DNA of 64,000 nt from NCBI GenBank assembly GCA_036785375.1, contig JAWMAR010000010.1, positions 9,424,001 through 9,488,000 on the forward strand. The letters are read 5' to 3'. How positions within the stretch are numbered: the stretch's first letter is position 1; each line of letters starts with the position of its first letter. The translations under genes and the position numbers were made by a program. A model generated the notes under the pieces. It did no database searches, was not told where the DNA came from, and saw only the letters and a program-made list of their open reading frames with translations. The DNA is from Leucoraja ocellata. Lineage: Eukaryota. This document shows positions 11,386 to 21,136 of this stretch, in pieces.

Positions 11386-14322
11386 TCAGTATCCCGTACC
11401 TGCCTTTTCTCCATACCCTCTGATCCCCTTGGCCACAAGGGCCACATCTAACTCCCTCTTAAATATAGCCAATGAACTGGCCTCAACTACCCTCTGTGGC
11501 AGAGAGTTCCAGAGATTCACCACTCTCTGTGTGAAAAAAGTTCTCCTCATCTCGGTTTTAAAGGATTTCCCCTTTATCCTTAAGCTGTGACCCCTTGTCC
11601 TGGACTTCCCCAACATCGGAAACAATCTTCCTGCATCTAGCCTGTCCAACCCCTTAAGAATTTTGTAAGTTTCTATAAGATCCCCTCTCAATCTCCTAAA
11701 CTCTAGAGAGTATAAACCAAGTCTATCCAGTCTTTCTTCATAAGACAGTCCTGACATCCCAGGAATCAGTCTGGTGAACCTTCTCTGCACTCCCTCTATG
11801 GCAATAATGTCCTTCCTCAGATTTGGAGACCAAAACTGCACGCAATACTCCAGGTGTGGTCTCACCAAGACCCTATACAACTGCAGTAGAACCTCCCTGC
11901 TCCTATACTCAAATCCTCTTGCTATGAAAGCCAACATGCCATTCGCTTTCTTTACTGCCTGCTGCACCTGCATGCCTACCTTCAATGACTGGTGTACCAT
12001 GACACCCAGGTCTCGCTGCATCTCCCCCTTTCCCAATCGGCCACCGTTTAGATAATAATCTGCTTTCCCGTTTTTGCCACCAAAATGGATAACCTCACAT
12101 TTATCCACATTAAACTGCATCTGCCAAACATTTGCCCAATCACCCAGCCTATCCAAGTCACTTTGCAGTCTCCTAGCATCCTCCTCACACCTAACACTGT
12201 CCCCCAGCTTAGTGTCATCCGCAAACTTGGAGATATTGCCTTCAATTCCCTCATCCAGATCATTAATATATATTGTAAATAGCTGGGGTCCCAGTACTGA
12301 GCCTTGCGGTACCCCACTAGTCACTGCCTGCCATTGTGAAAAGGACCCGTTTACTCCTACTCTTTGCTTCCTGTTTGCCAGCCAGTTCTCTATCCACATC
12401 AATACTGAACCCCCAATGCCATGTGCTTTAAGTTTGTATACTAATCTCCTATGTGGGACCTTGTCGAAAGCCTTCTGGAAGTCCAGATACACCACATCCA
12501 CTGGTTCTCCCCTATCCACGCTACTAGTTACATCCTCGAAAAATTCTATAAGATTCGTCAGACATGATTTACCTTTCGTAAATCCATGCTGACTTTGTCC
12601 AATGATTTCACCACTTTCTAAATGTGCTGCTATCCCATCTTTAATAACTGACTCTAGCAGTTTCCCCACTACCGATGTTAGGCTAACTGGTCTGTAATTC
12701 CCCGTTTTCTCTCTCCCTCCCTTCTTAAAAAGTGGGGTTACGTTTGCTACCCGCCAATCCTCTGGAACTACTCCAGAATCTAAGGAGTTTTGAAAGATTA
12801 TTACTAATGCATCCACTATTTCTGGAGCTACTTCCTTAAGTACTCTGGGATGCAGCCTATCTGGCCCTGGGGATTTATCGGCCTTTAATCCATTCAATTT
12901 ACCCAACACCACTTCCCGACTAACCAGGATTTCACTCAATTCCTCCACCTCCTTTGACCCGCGGGCCCCTGCTATTTCCGGCAGATCATTTATGTCTTCC
13001 TTAGTGAAGACGGAACCAAAGTAGTTATTCAATTGGTCCGCCATATCCTGGTTCCCCATGATCAACTCACCTGTTTCTGACTGCAAGGGACCTACATTTG
13101 TTTTAACTAATCTCTTTCTTTTCACATATCTATAAAAACTTTTGCAGTCAGATTTTATGTTCACTGCAAGTTTTCTTTCATAATCCATTTTTCCTTTTCT
13201 AATTAAGCCCTTCGTCCTCCTCTGCTGGTCTCTGAATTTCTCCCAGTCCTCCGGTATGCTGCTTTTTCTGGCTAGTTTGTACGCATCATCCTTTGCTTTG
13301 ATACTATCCCTGATTTCCCTTGTTATCCATGGATGCACTACTTTCCCTGATTTATTCTTTTGCCAAACTGGGATGAACAATGTTTGTAGTTCATCCATGC
13401 AGTCTTTAAATGCCTTCCATTGCATATCCACCGTCAACCCTTTTAGAATTACTTGCCAGTCAATCTTGGCCAATTCACGTCTCATACCCTCAAAGTTACC
13501 TTTCTTTAAGTTCAAAACCATTGTTTCTGAATTAACAATGTCACTCTCCATCCTAATGAAGAACTCAACCATATTATGGTCACTCTTGCCCAAGGGGCCA
13601 CGCACAACAAGACTACTAACTAACCCTTCCTCATTACTCAATACCCAGTCTAAAATAGCCAGCTCTCTCGTTGGTTCCTCTACATGTTGGTTTAGATAAC
13701 TATCCCGTATACATTCCAAGAAATCCTCTTCCTCAGCACCCCTGCCAGTTTGATTCACCCAATCTATATGTAGATTGAAGTCACCCATTATAACTGCTTT
13801 GCCTTTGTCGCAAGCATTTCTAATTTCCTGTTTGATGCCATCCCCAACTTCACTACTACTGTTAGGTGGCCTGTACACAACACCCACCAGCGTTTTCTGC
13901 CCCTTATTGTTTCGCAGCTCTACCCATACCGATTCCACATCCTCCAAACTAATGTCCTTCCTTTCCATTGCGTTAATCTCCTCTCTAACCAGCAACACTA
14001 CCCCACCTCCTTTTCCTTTCTCTCTATCCCTCCTGAATATTGAATATCCCGGGATGTTCAGCTCCCAGCCTTGGTCACCCTGGAGCCATGTCTCCGTGAT
14101 CCCAACTATATCATAATCATTAATGGCTATCTGCACGTTCAACTCATCCACCTTATTACGAATACTCCTTACATTGAGACACAAAGCCTTCAGGCTTGTT
14201 TTTACAACGCTCTTACCCCTTATACAATTATGTTGAAAAGTGGCCCTTTTTGATTTTTGCCCTGGTTTTGTCTGCCTGCCACTTTTACTTTTCACCTTGC
14301 TACCTATTGCTTCTACCTTCAT
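11386..14322 (-). CDS. CR1 ORF2: APE endonuclease plus reverse transcriptase
   Basis: 978-aa open frame with GITETW, MGDFN, SDH (EN) and NYRPVSL, PQGSVLGP, FADD (RT). Confidence 0.95.
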   Translation of the reverse strand: MKVEAIGSKVKSKSGRQTKPGQKSKRATFQHNCIRGKSVVKTSLKALCLNVRSIRNKVDELNVQIAINDYDIVGITETWLQGDQGWELNIPGYSIFRRDREKGKGGGVVLLVREEINAMERKDISLEDVESVWVELRNNKGQKTLVGVVYRPPNSSSEVGDGIKQEIRNACDKGKAVIMGDFNLHIDWVNQTGRGAEEEDFLECIRDSYLNQHVEEPTRELAILDWVLSNEEGLVSSLVVRGPLGKSDHNMVEFFIRMESDIVNSETMVLNLKKGNFEGMRRELAKIDWQVILKGLTVDMQWKAFKDCMDELQTLFIPVWQKNKSGKVVHPWITREIRDSIKAKDDAYKLARKSSIPEDWEKFRDQQRRTKGLIRKGKMDYERKLAVNIKSDCKSFYRYVKRKRLVKTNVGPLQSETGELIMGNQDMADQLNNYFGSVFTKEDINDLPEIAGARGSKEVEELSEILVSREVVLGKLNGLKADKSPGPDRLHPRVLKEVAPEIVDALVIIFQNSLDSGVVPEDWRVANVTPLFKKGGREKTGNYRPVSLTSVVGKLLESVIKDGIAAHLESGEIIGQSQHGFTKGKSCLTNLIEFFEDVTSSVDRGEPVDVVYLDFQKAFDKVPHRRLVYKLKAHGIGGSVLMWIENWLANRKQRVGVNGSFSQWQAVTSGVPQGSVLGPQLFTIYINDLDEGIEGNISKFADDTKLGDSVRCEEDARRLQSDLDRLGDWANVWQMQFNVDKCEVIHFGGKNGKADYYLNGGRLGKGEMQRDLGVMVHQSLKVGMQVQQAVKKANGMLAFIARGFEYRSREVLLQLYRVLVRPHLEYCVQFWSPNLRKDIIAIEGVQRRFTRLIPGMSGLSYEERLDRLGLYSLEFRRLRGDLIETYKILKGLDRLDAGRLFPMLGKSRTRGHSLRIKGKSFKTEMRRTFFTQRVVNLWNSLPQRVVEASSLAIFKRELDVALVAKGIRGYGEKAGTGY

Positions 14323-14369
14323 TTTACACCCCCCTGCCCCTCTGCTCTTGTACCCATCCCCCTGTCACA

Positions 14370-15296
14370 TTAGTTTAAATCCTCCCCGACAGCAGTAGCA
14401 AACACCCCCCCAAGGACATTGGTTCCATTCCATTCCAGGTGGTCCCACCTCCCCCAGAACTGGTTCCAATGCCCTAAAAATTTGAATCCCTCCCCCTTGC
14501 ACCATTTTTCAAGCCACGTATTCATCTGCAATATCCTCCTATTTCTGCTCTGACTGGCCCGTGGTACTGGTAGTAATCCAGAGATTATGACCTTTGAGGT
14601 CCTACTTTTAAGCTTATCTCCTAGCTCCCTAAATTCATCCTTTAGGACCTCATCCCTTTTTTTACCTATATCGTTGGTGCCAATATGCACCACGACAACT
14701 GGCTGTTCACCCTCCCCCTCCAGAATGTTCTGCAGCCGTTCAGTGACATCCCTGACCCTTGCACCAGGGAGGCAACATACCATCCTGGAGTCTCTTTTGC
14801 GGCCGCAGAAACGCCTATCTATTCCCCTGACAATTGAATCCCCTATTACTATTGCCCTTCCACTCTTTTTCCCCCCCTCATGTGCCGCAGAGCCACCCAT
14901 GGTGCCATGAACTTGGCTGCTGCTGCATTCCCCTGATGAGCAATCTCCCTCAACAGTTTCCAAAATGGTATACCTGTTTAGGAGGGAGATGACCGCAGGG
15001 GACTCCTGCACTACCTGCCTACTGCTTTGCTGACTATTGGCCACCCGTTCCCCTTCCGTCCTCTTACCTTTTACCTGCGGTGTGACCAACTCACTGTACG
15101 TGCTGTCCACGACTTTCTCAGCGTCGTGGATGCTCCAGTATGAATCCAACCGCAACTCCAATCGTTCAATGCGGTCTGCCAGGAGCTGCAGCTGTACACA
15201 CTTCCTGCAAACATAGTCACCAGGGACACCGACCATATCCCTGATCTCCCACATGTTGCAGGCTGAGCAAACCACGGGGCCAATCTCCACTGACAT
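14370..15296 (-). CDS. CR1 ORF1: zinc finger, coiled coil and SGNH/GDSL esterase
   Basis: CxxC..CxxC N-terminus, IGDSIVRG, CLPGA, HIGTND esterase blocks. Confidence 0.9.
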   Translation of the reverse strand: MSVEIGPVVCSACNMWEIRDMVGVPGDYVCRKCVQLQLLADRIERLELRLDSYWSIHDAEKVVDSTYSELVTPQVKGKRTEGERVANSQQSSRQVVQESPAVISLLNRYTILETVEGDCSSGECSSSQVHGTMGGSAAHEGGKKSGRAIVIGDSIVRGIDRRFCGRKRDSRMVCCLPGARVRDVTERLQNILEGEGEQPVVVVHIGTNDIGKKRDEVLKDEFRELGDKLKSRTSKVIISGLLPVPRASQSRNRRILQMNTWLEKWCKGEGFKFLGHWNQFWGRWDHLEWNGTNVLGGVFATAVGEDLN

Positions 15297-15925
15297 ATCC
15301 TACTCCCAATTTAACTATATTAAATATTAAAAAACACAAAACTTTATCTGTTAAACTTTACTAATAAATACTGTACCCTTAACTCCCAGAATCCTTACCT
15401 CCCAGAATCCTTAGCCTAAAGGCAAAAATGTAAAAATGTAAACCAATCAGAGGCTTCCTCTGAACCAATCAGAGGCTTCCCCCAGACTCCTTCTCTGGAA
15501 CGTTGGCGATTTGGTCGCAGGTTACAGCGCAGGTACTCCTCCCCTCTCACCAACGGCTCCCTGGGTCTCTACCTCTCAAGCGTATTGCGTGGTCTCCTCT
15601 CCGAAGACTCTCGAGCCAAAGACTCACACTTTTCTCACAGGGCACTTCCCTCACTAGGCCGCTCACTCACTGCCGCTCGCAAAGAGCTGTCCTGCTTAAA
15701 TTGACTGATAAATTGCCTGATTTACCAATTTACACAGCCAATTCCTCAGTTTTCAACTGTTTTCACCCCTCTCCTCACACTTGGGCTAGAGCCAATCAGT
15801 GGTATCTCTTGTTAATCTGTTGCTGCTGTTGTTCCTCCCAAATCTACAGCAGTACTGAACAAAGACGGTGCGTCCTTGGCCTTTTAACTGTTTTCAACTG
15901 GTTTCACCCCTCTCCTCACACTTGG

Positions 15926-17632
15926 GCAGATGAGTTGAACCGATACTTTGGATCCGTCTTCACTAAGGAGGACACAATCTTCCTGATGTACTGGTGGCCA
16001 TCAGATCTGGGTTGACGGAGGAACTGAAGGAAGTCCACATTAGGCAGGAAATAATGTTGGGTAGACTGATGGGACTGAAGGCTGATAAATCCCCAGGGCC
16101 TGATGATCTACATCCCAGGTTACTTAAGGAAGTGGCTCCAGAAATTGTGGACGCAATGGTGATCATTTTCCAATGTTCTATAGATTCAGGATCAGATCCC
16201 GTGGATTGGAGGGTAGCTAATGTTATTTCACTTTTTAAGAAAGGCAGGAGAGAGAAAACAGGGAATTATAGACCAGTTAGCCTGACGTCGGTGGTGGGGA
16301 AGATGCTGGGGTCAATTATAAAGGAAATAAATGAATGAAATAGCGGCACATTTGGCTAACAGGATTGGTCCGAGTCAGCATGGATTAACGAAGGTTAAAT
16401 CATGCTTGCCTAATCTTCCGGAATTTTTTAGGATGTAACTAGGAAAATGGCCAGTCGGGTGTGGTGTACCTGAACTTTCAGAAAACATTTGATAAGATCC
16501 CGCATAGGAGATTAGTGGGCAAAATTATGGCATATGGTATTGGGGTAGAGTGCTGACATGGATAGAAAACTGGTTGGCAGACAGGAAACAAAGAGTAGGG
16601 ATTGACGGGTCCCTTTCAGAATCGCTGGCAGTGATTTGTGGGGTACCGCAAGGCTCGGTGTTGGGAGCAGCTATTTACAATATGCATCGATGATTTACAT
16701 GAAGGGTCAAAGTAACATTAGAAAATTTGCAGATAACACAAAACTGGGAGCAATGTGAACCGTGAGGAGGATGGTGCGAGAATGGGTGGATGTAGGGTGT
16801 TGCTGTGTGCCTTGGACAGGTTGGGTGAGTGGGCAGATGCATGGCAGATGCAGTTTAATGTGGATAAATGTGAGGTTGTCCACTTTGGCTGCAAAAACAG
16901 GAGACATATTATATCTAAATGGTGTCGAGTTGACAAAAGGGGAAGTGCAACGGGATGTGGCGGTTCTTGTTCATCAATCAATGAAAGTAAGCTTGCAGGT
17001 ACTACAGGCAGTGAAGAAAGCGAATGGCATGTTGGCCTTCATAACAAGAGCAGAGGTCCTTCTGCAGTTGTACAGGGCCCTAGTGAGACCACACCTAGCG
17101 TATTGTGTGAGGTTTTGAGGAAGGACATTCTTGCTATTGAGGGAGTGCAGTCTAGGTTCACAAGGTTAATTCCCTGGATGGCGGGACTGGCATATGTTGA
17201 GCGAATGGAGCGACTGGGCTTGTATTCTCTGGATTTTAGAAGGATGAGAGGCAATCTTATCGGAACATAAAAGATTATTACGGGTTTGGACACGCTAGGG
17301 GGTGGAAACATGTTCCTGAGGAGACCAGAACCCGGGGCCACAGTTCAAGAATAAGGGGTATGGCAATTAGAACGGAGATGAGGAACTGTTTTCACACAGA
17401 GAGTTGTGAGTCTGTGGAATTCTCTGCCTCAGAGGGTTGTGGAGACCGGTTCTCTGGATACTTTCAAGAGAGAGCTAGATAGGGCTCTTAAAGATAGCAG
17501 AGTCAGAGGATATGGGGAGAAGGCAGGAACGGGGTACTGATTGTGGATGATCAGCCATGATCACAGTGAATGGTGGTGCTGGTTCGAATGGCCGAATGGC
17601 CTACTCCTGCACCTTTTGTCCATTGTCTATAA
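15926..17632 (+). mobile_element. Older 5'-truncated CR1 LINE with frameshifts
   Basis: KADKSPGPD, NYRPVSLTSVVGK, RFTRLIP in broken frames; 3'UTR ends just before the GPCR exon-2 acceptor. Confidence 0.9.
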
Positions 17633-17664
17633 TGCCCAGTGTCCGTCTCCTTCTCTTTCTGCAG

Positions 17665-18572
17665 CGAATATAGTAGCGATTGTGATCCTGTCCCGAGGAA
17701 AGATTGGCCTCTCCACATGCACCACTCGCTATCTGATGGCCATGGCAGCGGCCGATCTACTGGTGGTCATCATCGAAGTAATTTTGTTCCGACTCCGATA
17801 TTTTTACTTCCTGTGGACTTTCCTATACATTCCACCGACGTGCAGTGTCATCGCCGTCTTAACGTATATAGCTACAGACTGTTCAGTCTGGTTCACCATC
17901 TTTTTCACCTTTGATCGGTTTGTCGCCATTTGTTCCCAGAGGCTGAAAAGAACATATTGCACCGGGAAAACTGCGGCTGCGGTTCTCGCAACAGCCGGCG
18001 TCCTGCTATGTCTGAAAAACGTTCCCCGCTACTTCACACTGCGCCCCGTAGTGATCATAGACAATGTCCCCTGGGGCTGTTTCGCGATGGATACTTTTTT
18101 CACTGACCCCGGGTGGGTGGCATTTGACTGGATCGACACCGTTTTAAATCCACTCCTCCCTTTCTCTGTAATCATGCTGCTCAACGCTCTGACAGTCCGG
18201 CACATTGTGGTGGCCAGTCGGGTGCGTAAGTGGCTGATGGGTCAGAGCAAGGGGGAGAACCGTATTGACCCGGAGATAAGGAGCAGGAGGCGGTCTATCG
18301 TTTTGCTCTTCACCATTTCCGGAAGCTTCATACTCTTGTGGCTGACGAAAGTTGTTGAATTCATTTATTATCAGATCACAAGAACTGAGAACAAGCTGAC
18401 ACTGTCTGAATGGGTCTTTAACAACATTGGATTTTTGCTGCGAAATCTCAGCTGCTGCACCAACACATTTATTTACGCGGCCACACAGTCCAAGTTCAGG
18501 GAAGAGTTGAAGAGCGCGGTAAAATATCTGGCCACACAGTGCTTCGGCTCTTTATTAAATCAGCGCGCTTAG
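17665..18572 (+). CDS. GPR139: GPR139/GPR142-like orphan class A GPCR, coding exon 2 (TM1 end to C-terminus); spliced protein 324 aa
   Basis: Acceptor TTCTCTTTCTGCAG|; hydrophobic TM segments; RYLMAMAAADLL (TM2), CSVWFT..FTFDRFVAIC (TM3), ECL2 Cys, NPLLPF (TM5), CCTNTFIY (TM7 NPxxY variant), SKFR (helix 8); no stop codons. Confidence 0.92.
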
Positions 18573-18849
18573 CAGATCCCGGAGTCGGCCGCTTCGGGCT
18601 CCGGCTCCGTCTCCGGACAATCTCTGCGGGACCATCCATTTATAAATTTGCGGATAGTGCAACCATAGTGGGCCGGGTACAAGGTAATGACGAGACGAAC
18701 GACTGGAAGGCGATATAGAACTTCGCAACCTTGTGCCCGTCAATATCAGCAAGTCACAGTGATCAACTTCAGGAAATGAAGCGGTAAACATACCCCGGTA
18801 CGCATTGATGGCGCCGACTAGACATGGTTGACACTTTGTATTTTTACTT

Positions 18850-21060
18850 CAGTTACTTTGTGTTTTTACCCCTTTACCCAACAACTGGTCCCTTGGCAAA
18901 TATTGGAATAATTCCATTGTGGGTGTAGAACACCATTCCGTAATGTCCAACCGCATAGGGTTAAGCATCATCTGAATGTGACGGCAATGGGGAATAAAGG
19001 TTGCTCTTTCTTCCTTTGGAGTCATCACAAACCCGTGACCATCTACCACCTTGACATCCTCATCAGAGAGGGTCGGTCTCTCGGCAGTTGTGGCCCAGAA
19101 GAAGTGAGTTGAACACCTATTTAACCAAACCATGCAATGATGATTACAGTAATGGTTTCTGCAGACCCACTTCGGGGGAAAATAAACCGCATTTGTATCT
19201 TTGCCGTTTGATATCCAAGGAGCCAAATCAAAACAGTACAATTTGAAAACATCCAATTAACATTTTCCCCTTCAATCTGCAATGTTTGCCCAATCATTCA
19301 TATAAACTCCATTTGTACAGGTGACTATTTACCGGGTGTCGCCGTAGACGGCAACCTCGCCACCAATCTGTCCCGTCCTTTTCTTCATTTCTTGTTTTCA
19401 GTCTGTTGTTAAATATATGTTTTATTGTATCTTTAGTCTTGTATTATTTGCGGGGTGGCGGGGGGGGGGGGGGGGGAGGGGGGGGGGGGGACTTCATTTT
19501 ATCTGTTTCCTCGACAGAGATGCGACCTTTTCCGTATCGTATCTCCGTCCGCACTACAGCCAAACAACGTGGAGCTGGCGGTATCTTTGCTGGGGATCGT
19601 CCTCGGGAGCTCCAACGCGGGAGCCTGCGGACTTAATATCGTGGAGCTTGCGATTCCTTGGTGGGGGATCAACTTCGGTTATCTCCAACCGCAGGAGCTT
19701 TGACCGCTGAGATCGCCAGAGCTTCGATCGCCACGAATCAGATTCCTTGTATGTTTTTAAATACTTGGTTAATAAATTAATTACAATTACAATTACAACA
19801 TTAGAACTTAGCCACTTTAACACTAATGTTGTATCACCCAATTTCTAATTACCTAATTTCCGTCCATCAGCATATTAGCTTCAATGCTTATTTTCTCCTT
19901 TTCGCATTTTTGATCGTTTATTGATCAATTAACTCATTCTTAAGTGCATGTATTGTTTTACTGACTCTTGGATGTGTTCGATAACTTTTCCCTTTCCGTT
20001 ACAAACCTCTGCTCCTGACGTTTTTACATCTTCAGTCTATTCATAACTCACTGTCATCAGCCCACATGTATTAACCCGTTCCGTCTCGCTGGGGCTGCTT
20101 TTAACTTCATTAGAATGGCCGAGAGTACCTTAGTCCATCACTATCCATTCTTGGTCAAAGCTTTAGTCAGACTGTTCCTTCGTGTTCTGTTCGTTCGCTC
20201 CACAATTCCAGAACTCTGTGGGTGTTGGGTAGTGTAAAATTGGTGGTAAACTCCTAACAAAGCATGCGCTCCCTTCATTACCTTCCTGTGAAATGTGTTT
20301 CCTGATCAGGGCATATCTGAAGTATAATCTCCCATCTAGGTGATATTTCTTCAGCCAGAATTCGTGTCACGGTTCCGGAGGTACAATCCCGACATGAGAA
20401 TGGCACTACCCAGCGGGTAAAGTGATCAATTAGAACTAAACAATACATTTTATATCCCATTCATAAACATTCCATCATATACAGTAACCATGTCCAACCT
20501 GAAATACATATCTGCTGTCGGTATAAATATTCACTCTCTTTCATTTTCCTAACTTGAGGGCCTCTGTCAAGGCTATTAATTCTGCTTCCTGTACTGATCT
20601 TGTCCCCTGAATCTGCTCCCCTTTAAACATGTTTCCCTCTCTATCTACCACTGCGCATGCTTTCGAGGGATACCATTATAATATTTCCTTGTTCCGTCTA
20701 TATACATAGTATCTAAAGGTACTTCTACAATCCTCCTATCTTTTTCTGCTTCTACTTCATTGCAGCATGCGCTTTTTCTTCATTCACTAATTGTGGCTGG
20801 TTTCAACACGTTGTCTTTGAATATCTGTACCTGCTTATCCGCTGGCAACGATACACTATCCCATCTACTCCCCCGTCGATTATCTGATACTGCCTTTAGC
20901 TTCCCTGCCGCTAAACGTTGCACCATGATACGAGGACTGTGGAATTATAGCCACCATTAAAGTGATGGACTTCAACTGAACATGTTGCAGTCAAGTGCTT
21001 GAGCACACCGGTGCAGCCGAGAACCCATGGCAGGATGGAGTCTGCAACCGTCTTATAAAT
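18850..21060 (-). mobile_element. Degraded endogenous retrovirus fragments (tether/RNase H, integrase core, env-like)
   Basis: EAELIALTEALKLGK..VNIYTDSRY (RNase H, ~20500-20720); YCLVLIDHFTRWV..DQETHFTG (integrase, 20278-20460); Cys/Trp-rich env-like ORF 18849-19256. Probably continues at ~23960-24770. Confidence 0.7.
19335..19735 (+). repeat. Unclassified interspersed repeat, similar in layout to 25040-25515
   Basis: Shared layout (T-rich block, poly-G run, GC-rich block with GGAGCCTGCGGACTTA..ATC.TGGAGCT) in both copies. Confidence 0.5.
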
Positions 21061-21136
21061 CAATTAAAAATGAATGAATTAGGAAGAAAACAAACAGACA
21101 AGTCGAAACAAACCTGCACCTTTACACCCCTCCGTC

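Larger units (their letters stand above)
11283..15925 (-). mobile_element. Full-length CR1 (HER1-like) LINE, antisense in the GPCR intron
   Basis: 5'UTR, ORF1, ORF2, 3'UTR and (CATAGAAA)n tail at 11283-11310. The 5' boundary is approximate (15790-15925). Confidence 0.92.

Noticed and set aside
11774-14910. Plus-strand ORFs overlapping the CR1 (repeated at 29178-29996 and 59574-60392)
   Set aside because: Antisense shadows of LINE ORFs; they recur only because the LINE recurs.
17541-17664. N-terminal 41 aa of the 343-aa ORF
   Set aside because: Derived from CR1 3'UTR and intron; the true exon starts at the 17665 acceptor.
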